Under the pieces are notes generated by a model. That model saw nothing but the letters and a program-made list of their open reading frames with translations. It was not told where the DNA came from and ran no database searches. The translations under genes were made by a program, and so were the position numbers. Below are positions 13,352-30,042 of a DNA stretch of 64,000 bases, piece after piece (the first letter of the stretch is position 1; each line of letters begins with the position of its first letter). This stretch comes from Dictyostelium discoideum. Lineage: Eukaryota. The stretch lies in contig CM000152.2 of assembly GCA_000004695.1 (NCBI GenBank), positions 960,001 through 1,024,000 of the forward strand, read 5' to 3'.

Positions 13352-14508
13352 CAATTAATCGCCAACAATTTACCATAATTTCATTTAATATAAATAAATT
13401 TGTAGTTTATTTTTTTCAACAAATATATATAAGTATTTTTTTTTTTTTTTTTTGAACATCAAAATAATAAAAAAAAAATATACCTCCTCAATTCTTTTAA
13501 TTTTAAATACACCACCTTTTAAAAATTAAGTTATTGTGTAAAAAAAAAAAAATATATATATATTTTTTTTTTTTTACTTTGGACAATAACAAAAAAACAA
13601 TCAAACCATAGGTATTATTCACAGTTGTTACTCAAACGTAAATTATCATTTATTCATTACTTTATTTTTATTTTTTTATTATTTCAATGTAATTCCACCT
13701 TTTTTTTTTTTTTTGTTTTTTTTTTTAAAAAAAAAAAAAAAATCCTCCTCTTTTATTCCCAAAATTAAAAGATTTAAAATTTCAAACTATAAAGGTGTTA
13801 TTTTTACTTTTTTTTTTTTTTTTGTTCAAAAATCAATTTCAAAAATTTCACCCAATTATCCACCAAAACTCATAATAATAATAATAAAACAATAATAATA
13901 TCTTTGATAAGAAATTTTTTTTTTTTTTTTGTAATTGCGGAGATCACGATCACTTACTTTTTTATTATTGTGAAAATAACTACAAAGTTTTTTTTATTTT
14001 TTTTAAAAATTTAAAAATTTTTTTTTTTTTTTTTCTTTTTTCAAAAAAAAAAAAAATTTCTTTGTTGTCATAATCAATCAATAACTTTAAATCAATCTTT
14101 ATCCCAAATATATATATATATTTTTTTTTTATAAATTAAAAGGGTGGGTGTGAAAATATTTTTTTGATTAACCCAAAGATATCTTTTTTGGGTTTTTTTT
14201 TTTAAAAAAAAAAAAAATCCAAAATTAAAAGTTTTTTTTTTTTTTTAATCACACAAAACTAAACCATATAAACGATATAACAAAATAATCACCCAATTAG
14301 GTTATATACAAGTTATTATTAATTAATTTAATTTCAATTTTTTATTTGTTTTTTTTTTTATTTTTTTTTTTGTGTTTATATTTTGTAATTAAAAAAATAA
14401 AAATAAAAATTTTTATTTTATTTTTTAGTGTATTAAAAAAAAAAAAAAATTTATTAATTTATTAAAATTTCCTTTCTTTTAATATATTTATATATATATT
14501 TATAGTTA

Positions 14509-15359
14509 ATGAATAAACAGGGTAGTAGCAGTGCACTAACTGCCTCACCAGAAGAGTCTGATGGCTCTAGATTTAAAGTTGGAAAGAGTGAAATGACTGG
14601 TAAAAGACCGACAATGGAGGATAGAATGGTAGCATATGGAAATTTTAGAAATAATCCAAATTCAGAATTATATTGCATTTTCGACGGACATGGAGGACGT
14701 GCTGCTTCAGATTTTGCAGCAGATAATATCTATAAAATATTTGCAGAGTTTTTAGATGCAAACAATACACCAGAAGAATCATTCACAAAAGCATATAAAA
14801 GTATCAATACACAGATTTCACCTTGGCCGTTCATTGGTACCACAGCAGCTTCTGTATATATATGTGAAAATAAAGTTTATATAGCAAATGTAGGTGATTC
14901 AAGAGTAGTTTTAGGTAAAATTATAGGTTCCGATAGTAGTGGTAATAGCGGTGGTGGTGGAGGAGGAAGTGCTGAAGGCGGAGGTGATGAACAACAGCAA
15001 CTACAACAACAACAACAACAACAACCACAACCACAACAACAACAAAAAAAAACTACAGCAGAAAGATTAACATTTGATCACAGACCTGTCGAAGAGTCTG
15101 AACGTTTACGAATTACAGAAGCAGGCGGTACAGTTTTAAATGGACGTGTCAATGGAATGTTGGCAGTATCAAGAGCTTTAGGTGACTCTTTCCTCACTCC
15201 TTATGTCATTCCAGATCCTCATCTATCTTCATTTACAATTTCAAAAGATGATAAATTTTTAATTTTAGCTTGCGATGGTGTTTGGGATTTGGTATGTTTT
15301 TTTTTTTTTCATTAGATTATAATTTTTTCCTTCCAAGAATATTTACTAATAATATATAT

Positions 15360-15391
<32 letters not shown>

Positions 15392-15668
15392 TCTCATAAT
15401 TTTTATAGATATCAGATGAAGAAGCAGTTGAAACTATTGCAGGAATTTCAGATCCAAATAAAGCTGCAGAAACATTAAGAGATTTGGCTTACAATTCTGG
15501 AAGTACTGATAATATCTCTGTGTGTGGTAAGTTGTTTATTTATTTATTTTTTTTTTTCTCTTCATTATGATAACCTAAAATTCAGTGAAACTAACAAATT
15601 TTATTTATTTTTTTTATTTTTTATTTTTTTATTTTATTTTCATAGTGGTAAAATTAAGTGATTATTAA
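14509..15668 (+). CDS. Protein phosphatase 2C (PPM family). Exons 14509..15291, 15409..15526, 15646..15668.
   Basis: PP2C motifs: FDGHGG, ANVGDSRVVL, LACDGVWD, NGMLAVSRALGD. The C-terminal signature DNISVCVVKL is reconstituted across intron 3. Introns are GTATGT...tatag and GTAAGT...catag with consistent phases. Confidence 0.8.
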
Positions 15669-16179
15669 GTTGTAGTATATAAATAGTTCTCAAAAATAAA
15701 AAAATAAAAAAAAATAATAAAAAAAAAATTTTAAAAAAAAAATAAAAATTATCATAGTTGTTATTTCTAAAATAGTGACAATAAAAATTATTTATTTATT
15801 TTTATTTTTAATTTATTTTTGTTTTTATTTTCTTTGCATATAAATCAAAAATCTAACCAAAGGAAAAAATTAAAACATTTTTAAAAAATTAAAAAAAAAT
15901 ATTTTTTTTAATTTTTTTTTTTTTTTAATTTTAATTTTTTTTTTTTTTTTTTTTTCCCCAACATATAGTTTTGTTTTTATTTTTTTTATACCTCAAAGTT
16001 TTAACAAAACAAAAAACAAAAAAAGTGAAAATAATAAATAAAATAATAAAATTTAGTTTTTTTCAATAAAGTTCTTTGTAAATAATAGTTTGATAAAAAA
16101 AAAAAAAAAACAAAAAAAAAAGTTTTAATAATTCTTTTTCTTTTTTTTTTTAAAAAAAAAGAAAAAGAAATAATTCACA

Positions 16180-18777
<2,598 letters not shown>

Positions 18778-19307
18778 TATCAATAATTAATAATAATAAT
18801 AAAATTCTCAATAAATAACTTGGAAAAAAAAAAATAAAAAATAAAAAAAACAAAAAAAAAAAAAAAAAAAAAAAATAAATTTAAAAGTAAATATTTTGGT
18901 AAATGATATTTTTATTTTTACTCTTTGTTGAAATAAAAAAAAGGATGGTAAATATATTATTTCTAAGAATAAACTTTTTTATTAAAAAAAAAAAAAAAAA
19001 ATGGAAAAGGTTTTTCATTTTTCTCTAAATAAAAAAAAAAAAAAAATATCAGAAAGAATCAAATAATTTGAATTACCTTAAATTATTAGGCGACGAAGAT
19101 GTCATCAGTTTTATTGATTTTTCCCCCAAGATATTTTTTTGGTGCATTTTTGTTTTTTTTTTATGATTTTTTTTTTTTTTGATTTTTTTTTTTTAACAAC
19201 AAAAAAAATTATTTAAACTAAAATTTTCTTCATTGGATACCAAGGTCAGGACCATTTATTCAATTTGTTTATTAATATTTTAATAAAAAAAAAAATAAAA
19301 AAAAATA

Positions 19308-20073
19308 ATGAAAATCCTATTTACACTTTTAATTATTCTCTCAACATTTAATTGCTTAGTTAAATCACAAAAATTTATTAATTTTGTTCCATATCAAGAT
19401 TATGAATGTACAACTAATTCATATGGGTATATTATTTAAAAATAAAAAATTTAATTACTATTAGGTCAATTTTATAAAAATCTATTAATTTTTTTTTTTT
19501 TCTTTTTTTTTTTTAAATATAAATAGTTTTGGATATTCAATTTCAACATCTCAAGAATGTATCTATAATTTAGGAAATGGACCATCTAATAAACCATTAT
19601 CTTACTCTGCAAGTTGGGAGACTTTTCAAAATGAAACATATCTTTATTTTAAGACTTATAACTATACCGATACAGCATGTCAAAGTCCTTTAGAACAATA
19701 TAGTATGCAAAATAATTCATGTAGTCCAAGTGTATTTTTACCAACACCATTTAATGGTACAATTGTTGGTTCTGAATACCAATATTCATTAATTTCTCTT
19801 ACTGATGAACCAGTTTATTCTCCAAATTCTCTTGTATTCTCACAATATCAACAACCAGATTTTAACGTTTGTTCCAATGGTGATCTTTTATTTTCCACAA
19901 CTGTTTCAAATGGTTTGAAAACTGTAAATGGTGAATATTCCACTTCCTACATTTGTAATAACAATAATGCATATCTCTATAACTGTATTGATCGTGTCAA
20001 TTGTAAACTCTCAAATATTACATTATCTTGTAATCAAGCTGGTAATATTAACAATCAAGTAAATTATTGTTAA
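19308..20073 (+). CDS. Secreted cysteine-rich N-glycosylated protein. Exons 19308..19426 and 19527..20073.
   Basis: Signal peptide MKILFTLLIILSTFNCLVKS. Donor GTATAT at 19427 (phase 2) and acceptor aaatag at 19525-26 restore the frame. The mature part has about 14 Cys and several NxT/S sites. No family assigned. Confidence 0.55.
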
Positions 20074-20320
20074 AATAAAAAAATAAAAAAAAAAACATAT
20101 ATAAATATTTAAATAAATATTTATATATCCTTTTAAAAATTTTTTTTTTTTTCTTTCCACCTTTTTTTAAAATATTGTTACTTTTTAAAAAAAAAAAAAA
20201 AAAATTTTGTCATGACAAAACTTTTTTTTTTTTTTTTATTTTTTTATTTTTTTTAAAACCAATTCCTGTTGATCAAAAGTTTCTATTGTTTTTTTTTTTT
20301 TTTTAAATGTTTAATTATAA

Positions 20321-20722
20321 ATGAATTTCATTCATTTATCAAAAAGATTTTATTGTAATAAAATAATTAATAAAAATGTTTTAGAAATTTTAAAAGATAC
20401 AAAAGAAAAACTTTTAAAAAGTAATAATGAATTAATTTCAAATTATTCAGAATTGGAGAGTAAATTATTAGTTTCTCATGTACTAAAAATTAATGATCAT
20501 AATGATCAATATCAATTATTTAATAAAAAAGTACAATCTAGAATTATTTCAAATGAAGAATATAATCAATTACAATCATTTATTGAAAGAAGATTAAATA
20601 ATGAACCAATTAATTATATAATTGGTTATAGATACTTTTGGAAAAATAAATTCTTTTGTAATCATTCAACATTAATACCAAGACCTGATAGTGAAACTGT
20701 AAATTCTATATTAATTATTTTA

Positions 20723-20788
<66 letters not shown>

Positions 20789-21476
20789 TCATTTGTTATT
20801 AATATTTATTTATTTAATAAAGATAATTGAAAAAATTATTGAAGAATCAAAAGAAAAAGAATTAAAAATTAAAAAAATATTAGATTTAGGTACTGGAACA
20901 GGATGTTTATTATTATCAACATTAAATGAATTTAAAGATTCAATTGGAGTTGGTATTGATAAATCAAATGAAGCATTAATAATTGCAAATAAGAATGCTA
21001 TTGAATTATCATTAGATAAAAGAGTTTCACTTTTAAATTTTGATTGGAATAATTATGATAAAAATCAAATTTCAAAATTATTATCATCACCATCATCATC
21101 ATCACCATCGTCATCATCAAATACTAATAATGAAAATAATGAAAAATTTGATTTAGTTATTAGTAATCCACCTTATATTTCAAATGAAGAATTTAAATAT
21201 TTGAATCCAATTGTAACAGAATGGGAACCTAAAACAGCTTTAATAGCTGATGAAAATGGTTTAAAAGATTATAAAAGTATTGCATCATTTTTAAATGAAA
21301 ATAAAGATTCACTCTTATCTGATAATTGTTTAATCGTATTTGAAATTGGTAAAGGTCAAGAAAAAGATATTCAATCAATAATGGAAAATAAATATTCATT
21401 TAAATATATTGGTTATAAAAAAGATTTAAATTCAATAATTAGATGTTTAGTTTTTATGAAAAAAGTAAAAAAATAA
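20321..21476 (+). CDS. HemK/PrmC-family protein-(glutamine-N5) methyltransferase (release-factor glutamine methyltransferase-like). Exons 20321..20698 and 20823..21476.
   Basis: Motifs NEPINYIIGYRYFWKNKFFCNHSTLIPRPDSE, SAM-binding ILDLGTGTGCLLLS, and catalytic DLVISNPPYIS (NPPY). Intron 20699..20822 (GTAAAT...aataaag) is phase 0 and contains (ATT)n. Confidence 0.75.
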
Positions 21477-21523
21477 AAAAAATAAAATAAATGAAATTAT
21501 ATTATATAAACAATATTTTTTTT

Positions 21524-23342
21524 TTATTGAAATAATACACTCTTTTCTAAAGTATACTTTAATATTTCTTCTTCATTATTTGTTGAAAGAATTTTTTCAA
21601 GTTCTTGTTGTTCTTTTTCTTGTTGTTCTTTTTCTTGTTGTTCTTTTTCTTGTTGTTCTTGTTGTTGTTGTTGTTGAATTTCAAAATCTTCTTTCTTTTC
21701 TAACGATACAATATATTTTTCATCATTTATAATTTCTTTATCATTTTCAGTATTGGTGATGGTGGAGGTGGTTTCTTTGTTAATGAAATTTTTTTCAATA
21801 ATTAATTTACCACCACCTTTAACGACATTAATTGGTAAATTTTTAACATTCATTGCAGTATCGAAAACATCTTTTGATATTGAAATGGTTTGATCGGTAA
21901 CTTTGGCAGCATGTTCACCAAATTTATAATTGACTAAATCAACGGTTGTTCCAGTGGCTTCATCATAGACCATACTAATACCATCACCAATTGCACCAAT
22001 GATTGAACCAATTGATTTAATTGTAGTTTTACCGAAATTTAATGCTTCATTTTTATAAATATTTTCTTCTTCTTTTTCTTCTTCTTCTTTTGATTTTTCA
22101 CATTCACATTCACAATCATCACCATCTGAAGGACGGACTAAATTAACAACACCACCACCAACGGTTGCAACTGCGCTCGATAATGAACCAATGATATAGG
22201 AAGAACCTTGTTTAGCATATGAGGTTACGCTTTTTACACCTTCGACTGTGTTTACAATTATTGGTGAAACCTCAGCAGGTTTTTCATTCTTTTCCATAGT
22301 TGACATTAATTTATAACCACCACCTCTTAAACTTAATGATATTATTGAAGATGCTGATAAAATACAAGCAGCAATAGTTTGTGAACCAGAGTCAACACCA
22401 TTTGTTGCAGATTTAATTGAATTGACAACAAAATCAACATCTTTACTTTTCTCTAAAATTGCTGTATCACCATCATCTTTAATTATTAATTTATCGTTTT
22501 CTTGAGAAATTTTTGTAGTAGTAATATCATCTTCTTCTCCATCACCATTTGCAGTAGTTGTAGTAGTAGTTGTAGTAGTAGTAGTAGTTGTAGTTGATTC
22601 ATTTTCATTTGGTAATGTAATTAAAAAAGAGATCAACTCTAACTTTCTTTCAAGAATATCAATATAAACCAATGGTATATTATGAGGGAACAATAAACCG
22701 AAATAATCTTCATCACTCTTTATAACGTAATGACCTTTTGAGTGAATTAAAATTGGTGTTTGTGAAGTTAAAATAAAAGTTTGATTTGAAATACCATTTA
22801 TACCTTGATTTTCATTATTCTTTAATGAATCTTTGAATTTAATTTGAATGTAATGAATTTTATCATTTGCTTTCTTTAAATAAAATATACCACTTCCAAT
22901 AATTTGTTTTTCAATTACAATTTTATTTGTTGACATCAAATGGCCACTTACACCAACGCCACCAACACCACCGCCAATCTTTGGGGAAGATGTTAATTCT
23001 AGTGCTCTTTTTTGTTCGATATTATCTTCTTTCCATTTATAAATTACACATTCTGATATGGTTAATAATGTTGTGTGTTGTTGATTTTCAGTGTTATTAT
23101 TTACATTTTCATCTTTTGATAAGATTCTTCCTTTAATTTCTATAGCTTTATTTCTTTTCTTTATTAATTCAAATCTTATATTTTCAATTTGACATTTTAT
23201 ATTTTCATTAATTTCTTTATCTAAATTTTAATAAAATAAAATAAAATAAAAATTAATTAATTTGTTTAGGAAAAAAAAAAAGATAAAAAAAAAAAAATTA
23301 ATTATTTTAATTTGTTTAAATAAAAAATTATAATTATAATTG

Positions 23343-23433
<91 letters not shown>

Positions 23434-23660
23434 TATATGTATATATTACCTTCAGAGATATCATATGATAAATTAATTGCTTGTAAATAATGGTCAATGA
23501 CTGTGTTTATATGTAATTCACCAACATTACTATCGATGCTATTAATTGTATCTTTTTTTATTGTTTGTTCTATACTATCCAAGATATCATCTGCAATTGA
23601 TTGAATTGATTTACAACTGTATATTGAATTTTCAATTTTGGTATTAGTAATACTTGCCAT
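21524..23660 (-). CDS. Senescence/spartin-associated-domain protein (ERD7/spartin C-terminal-like). Exons 23450..23660 and 21524..23220 (minus strand).
   Basis: Exon 1 MASITNTKIENS...YDISEG has donor g|gtaata (phase 1). Acceptor aatttag at 23222-21. Intron contains (ATT)n. The C-terminal region GKTTIKSIGSIIGAIGDGISMVYDEATGTTVDLVNYKFGEHAAKVTDQTISISKDVFDTAMNV matches my recollection of the senescence domain (KYGxxAg...T). The family call is from memory. Confidence 0.5.
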
Positions 23661-23995
23661 TGTATGTTGGAACAGTTTGTAGTTTTTTTTTTCTTTTTTT
23701 TTTTTTTATTGTGTGTGTGTGTGTGAGAGAGTGGGTGTTGTCAACAGTGTTATGATAATAATTATTATTGTACTGTTTTTACTTTTTTTTGTTTTGGAAA
23801 TTCTATTTTGAACTAAAAAAAATAAAATAAAAAAAAAGTTTAATTAAAATTAAATAATATTTATAATAATTATTAATAATGCAAATAAAACAAAACAATA
23901 AATCTTTTAAAAAACAAAAATAAAAATATAAAAAAAAAAAAAAAAAATAGAAAATAAAAAATTAAATTTAAATTAAAATAAAATAAAATAAAATT

Positions 23996-24036
<41 letters not shown>

Positions 24037-24172
24037 TATTTTATATTTATGTAAGAACTAAAAAAATTGTTAAAAGAAATCTAACGAAGCAAGAGTGAGG
24101 CATTAAAAAAAAAAAATTAAAAAAAAAAAAAAATTAAATAAAATAACCAAGAATTCCAACGTTTTGGTTTAA

Positions 24173-24226
<54 letters not shown>

Positions 24227-24484
24227 CTTTTTTCTAAAAATATGACTTGGTTTTAAAAACTCGTTAGATTACCTGAAATTTTTTTTTTTTTAATTTTTTT
24301 TATTTTTTATTTTTTTATTTTTTATTTTTTTTTTTTATTTTATTTTTATTTTTTATTTTTATTTTATTTTATTTTTTTTTTTTTTTTTGATTCCCAACAA
24401 AGCACTGATTTGATTGATTTAAATTATTTTAATTTTAAGAAAGTTTGTCTTTCTTAAAAATTTTTATTAAACGCTTAAAATAAT

Positions 24485-24515
<31 letters not shown>

Positions 24516-24667
24516 TAAAAATAAAAATAAAAATAAAAATAAAAATAAAAATCAAATAAAAGTAAAAATTATCGCTCACACACACATAAACAAAAAAAAA
24601 AAAAAAAAAAAATTCACTAAAAATATTATAATCACCAAATTAATAAACTAAACAAAATAAAAACCCG

Positions 24668-24706
<39 letters not shown>

Positions 24707-24752
24707 AAAAAAATAAAACCAAAGAACGCACCACAGTTAATCGATAATCGAT

Positions 24753-25497
24753 ATGAGTAAAGTTATTGGCTATATTGATTATGGTGACCCGGATGGAAAT
24801 GAAGAACCGTCAAAACAAAATGGTGAATATATAGATTATTCCAATGAAAATGGCTATAATGCTTACCATTCTGTGAATGGTGGTTATGACAAAGATAACA
24901 ACAACCACCACCACCACAATCAAGAGGAAGATTATGATTATGATAATAATACACACGTTAATTATCTAACAACAAAACATTCACAATTTCAATTAAGTAG
25001 AGGACGTTTATATCAGGGTCATCAAAGTTCTCATATAATTTATCCACATCAAAGTTATAAATTAAGTAATAGGTAATGTATATATATATATATATATATT
25101 TTTTTTACGTTTTTTCATTTTATTTATTTTTTTTTTTAAAATCTCACCATTCACACACACACACTTTTGTTCGTATTTTAATTATTAAGAATTTATTTAT
25201 TAACCAATTGACTTTATTATTATTAGTGGCGAAAGTATGAATAGATCAATTAACCAAAGTAAAGAAGAAGATCATTTAGAGAATAGTTTACATGATGATG
25301 AATATTTATATGGATATGAAGATCATCATGATGATCAAGCTAGTAGTATATCACAAGAATCATCACAAGGTTTAGATGAAACTGATTTTGATAATATAGA
25401 TAAATATTTTGAAAGTAATCAACATTTATTGTTACAAACTCTTCAAAATAATAATAATAATAATAGCAATAGCAATAGTAATAGCAATAGTAATAGC

Positions 25498-25553
<56 letters not shown>

Positions 25554-25822
25554 TACTAAAAATAATATAACTGATGAAAATCAATTAGAAATTCATTTAA
25601 ATGATTTATCAATTGATAGTGATAATAGTAATAATAAAATAAATAAACAATATGTAAATAGTGATAATAGTAATAATAATAATAGTAATAATAGTAATAA
25701 TAATAATATTGGAAGTAATATTAATAGTAATTGTAATATAGAAAATGAAAAAAATAGTAATAATACAGATGATAATAATAATAATAATAATATAGAAAAT
25801 GTAAATAAAATAAATATAGAAG

Positions 25823-25921
<99 letters not shown>

Positions 25922-26537
25922 TTGAAGTAATATCAAATAAACCAATTCAATTATTTTCAGATTATGATCCACCAATATTAACAACATCAACATCAACATC
26001 ACAAAGTAAAATAAAAACACAACAACCATTTTTATTTTTTAGTTCAAATTATTTAAATTCAAGTAGTACAGAATTAGATTTATCAGAACAAGAATTGAAT
26101 GAATTTCCAATATTCGATGAGAAAGAGATTGTTCAAGGTTACAAAATCATTGATTTATCATTTAACAATATTAAATCAATACCATTGGATGCATTTACAA
26201 ATATATCAAATCTTGAACAATTGATTATGTTTAATAATAATTTAAGTGATGTTCCATCATCAATTGAATTTTTAAAACATTTAACCATTTTAGATTTATC
26301 ACATAATAATTTACATGAAATTTGTAGAGAATTAGGTAATCTAAGTTTTTTACGTGAATTATATTTATCAAATAATTCTTTAAAAAAGTTTCCAACAACT
26401 GGTAATCTTTATAATCTTAAAAAATTAATTTTAGATAATAATCAAATTACAACTATACCAATTGAATGTGTTGAACCATTAATACAATTACAAACTTTAG
26501 ATTTATCATTTAATAAAATTGGTACAATAACTTCATC

Positions 26538-26569
<32 letters not shown>

Positions 26570-28653
26570 ATAATAATAATAATAATGGTGGTGGTGGTAG
26601 TATTTATCAAAAAATGAAAAATTTAAAACAATTAAATTTATCACATAATGAATTGCAAGAGATACCATCATCATTAAGACATTTATCAAAGTTACATAGT
26701 TTATCAATTGATTATAATCAAATTAGTGTTTTACCAGATAAGGTTGTGGCGTCATTATCACGTTTAGCTAAATTGACAATTTCAAATAATAAAATTAAAC
26801 AATTACCATTTGCAATTAATAATTTATCATCATTGATTGAATTAAATGCTTCAAATAATGTTATTGAACTTTTACCAGATTCAATTTGTTATCTAAGTAA
26901 TTTAAAGAAATTAAATTTAAATAATAATAATTTAAAAGAGTTACCAAGTAATATTGGTTTCTTAACTAAATTAGTAGATTTACAACTTTACAATAATCAA
27001 ATATCATCATTACCAATTAGTTTCTTAAAATGTCGTTCAATTAGAGAGATTGGTACCGATGGTAATCCATTACCTTCATATTATCATCTTGGTATAAAAG
27101 CAATTCGTTATCATATTAAAAATCCTGATTGTGATTTAGATGATCTTAATTCAATTTCACCAACAATTGATTCATCAACAATTGAACAACAACAACAACC
27201 AATTCAATTATTTGGAGGTGGTAATTATATTGATAGTAGTAATAACAATGGTAATGAATCATTTTGTAATAGTGGTGAATTATCACCATTAACTGATAGT
27301 TTAGAATGTATTGAAATGCCACCACCAATGCAAATATCTGAAAACCTTAGAAAACCATTAAATGTTAATTCACCATCTTATCCATTTCAAAAATTAGATC
27401 CAATTCCACAATCACTTTATTCTTCATCTAATCCAAGAAGTCATACTGAATCTGATATTCAAAAATTAAAAAATAATGATGAAACAATAACAACTACAAA
27501 TTCAAGTATTTCTACTACATCATCACCACCATCATTATTATTTGGAGTATCAATTAATGGGAATGGAATTATATCAACAACAACAACAACAACAACAACA
27601 ACAACCACCACCAATGGTAAAACTTTAAGTAGACAATCATCATTTCAACAAATTCCACAACAATTTAATTTATCAACATCAACAACAAATATTACAAAAT
27701 TACCAAGAATTAAATATACATGGGAAATTGATTTTGACGAAATTCAATTCTTTAATTTAATTGGTCAAGGTGGGTTTAGTAAAGTTTATCATGGTGTTTG
27801 GAGAAGTAAAGATGTTGCAATCAAACAAATAGAATTACAAAATAATAAATCATTGGATGATTTTAGAAGGGAAGTTGGTATTTTAAGTAAATTGAAACCA
27901 CATGAAAATCTATTAGCCTACTATGGCGCTTGTAAACATGCAAACTATTGTTACATCATCACAGAATATTTACCAAGAGGTTCACTACATGATCTATTAC
28001 ATCGTGAACAATTGATGAAATTAGATTTTAAACAAAAAGTTAGTTTTGCAATTTGTGTTGCATTGGGTTGTTATCATCTTTCAACCTATGAACCACCAAT
28101 TTATCATACAGATTTGAAAACAAAGAATTTATTAGTTACAAATGCTTTAAAAATTAAAATTGCTGATTTTGGTTTAGCTTCTTTTGCAAAGAAAAGTTTA
28201 ACAACAATAATCAATAATAATAATAATACTAATAATACTGCTACTAGTTCCACTACTACTTCTTCCGCCAATGGCGCAAATAGTATTTCCAACAACAACA
28301 ACAATGGTACAACTTCAGTCGATCAATCAAGATTAGCTTATGCTTTTTATGCTGCACCAGAAATTTTAAATTCAAAACATTTCTCTGAAAAATCAGATGT
28401 TTTCTCTTTTGGTACTATCTTATGGGAATTAGTTACAAATAAAATACCTTTTGATGGAATGGATCCATATGAAGTTAAAGAATTATTAAAATCTGGCAAA
28501 AGATTGGAAATACCTGAAAATTGTAATGAAGTTTTAAAAAATATAATTCAAGATTGTTGGAATCAACAATCTGAAGATAGACCAACTTTTTTAAGTATTT
28601 ATCATCGTTTGGAAAATTTAATGAAATCAATTACAAAAAAAAGGAGATTTTAA
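24753..28653 (+). CDS. Leucine-rich-repeat TKL-group protein kinase (LRR + kinase, no Roc/COR). Exons 24753..25072 and 25227..28653.
   Basis: Exon 1 ends ...KLSN with donor ag|gtaatg (phase 2). Acceptor attattag at 25225-26 joins in frame to GESMNRSINQ.... About 14 typical LRRs (LxxLxLSxNxLxxLP). Kinase domain has GQGGFSKVY, VAIK, HTDLKTKNLL (HTD instead of HRD), DFG, YAAPE. Long poly-N/T tracts. Confidence 0.7.
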
Positions 28654-28829
28654 TCAAAAAAAGAAAAAAAAAAAAAGAAAAAAATAAAAAACAGTGTTCA
28701 AAATTATGGTTCTTAGATAATATCTATTCATATCTTTTTTTTTTTTTTTTTTTTTATCAAAATCTTTAAAACACAATTGTTTTATTTCGTATTTTTAACC
28801 AAGTAATCATCATCTCCATTTTTGTGTAT

Positions 28830-29336
28830 TTAAATAAACGAATAAAAAAAATCTGGTGAAATAAAATCACCTATATCATGTGCGCCAAATGGAACTCTAT
28901 GCCATAACTTTACAAAAAATAAATGGATGTTATTGGAATGGTAAATGATAAGTTTACCTTTAAAATCTTCAAGATGAGATGGATTTACTTTGAGATTTGT
29001 GATTATTATTGGTAAAATATATGCTTCCTTGTAATGCTTTTCTAAATTAATACAATTTTCATAAATGTTTTTTATAGCTTCTTTACCAAGATAGGAACCA
29101 CATGATGAAAATTTAGTATTAATAACAACCATTATATACTTTTTACCAATATGATCATTTGGCAATTCGAAACAAATTCTTATAGAAGTTTGTATTTCCA
29201 CTAGCTAATAAATTAACCGATTTGGTATTATTCGAAGAAATATATACGGTGGTACCTTCAGTTTTTGCTGAGCAAAATTTTATTGCCTTTTGTTAATCTG
29301 TGATTTCCAATTTATCATTGGATCTAAATACATTGT
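28830..29336 (-). pseudogene. Copy 1, truncated: only the C-terminal-domain exon of the B-box/NACHT-like family gene. The exon body upstream of the ORF is degenerate and the copy is cut off at the intron.
   Basis: ORF 28830..29201 is 80-90% identical at the protein level to the C-terminal exons of copies 2 and 3 (...MVVINTKFSSCGSYLGKEAIKNIYENC...WHRVPFGAHD...). Upstream exon sequence carries an in-frame TAA (gat taa caa aag) and a 2-bp deletion relative to copy 3. At about 29331 the sequence jumps from the intron start straight into the shared flank element. Confidence 0.6.
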
Positions 29337-29908
29337 GAAAATGTTAATAAAACAAGTCATAATTTAATGGACGATTTGGATTATCTTTTAAATTAATAAT
29401 GTGAATTTATTCATTCAATTGGATGTCATCATTATCATATAACTCTATGGATTTTAATAATTATTTTCTTTTGTTTTAATTAATTTATTTCCAATATTGA
29501 TAGTTGGTTTTATTTAAATATAAGAATCAAATTCATAAGGTAAACCATATTAAAAAAATGACCAAATATTAAATAAACAAATTAATTTCTTTCAATACCA
29601 TCAATTAATTCTAATTTTAAAGGTGGTGAATGTTTTTAAATAATAAATGTTTTGTTGTTTCATTCAATTGATAATGCTTCTTCTAATGATGTGACACCAG
29701 TTTGGTTGGAACATGAATAAAAAAGGTTTTTCTAATATTAGAAAATTGATTTAAAGTTTTATTATTTTTCCAATTATTATTATTAATAATATTAAAATAT
29801 TTATAAATGTTATAAAAAACATTATCAATTTCATATAAAAATACAAGTTATATTTAGTATTTTTAAAAAATCATCATCTCCATATTTGTGTTTAAATATA
29901 TGAACAAA

Positions 29909-29944
<36 letters not shown>

Positions 29945-30042
29945 ATTTACTAATTTTTAAGTAAAATACAGTTTATACTATTTGTTATTTGTTATTTATT
30001 AATTGAGCATTTCTAAAAATACTCGAGAGATTTTATAATATT
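29337..30042. repeat. Shared ~0.7-kb non-coding flank of the gene-array unit, copy A. Lies 3' of the C-terminal exon of copy 2.
   Basis: Near-identical to 32836..33619 (begins caagtcataatttaatggacgatttggattatc, ends ...ctcgagagattttataatattttataaagaaatgttttctaa). No ORF >60 aa. Confidence 0.6.

Noticed and set aside
25721-26029. Poly-Tyr ORF (102 aa) antisense to the LRR-kinase gene. Similar homopolymeric ORFs occur at 53725..53973, 63077..63565 (poly-I), 63201..63557 (poly-L), 18665..18853, 13154..13354 and 23228..23497.
   Set aside because: These are translations of (AAT)n/(ATT)n microsatellites in other frames or strands. They have no codon structure and overlap real exons or introns.
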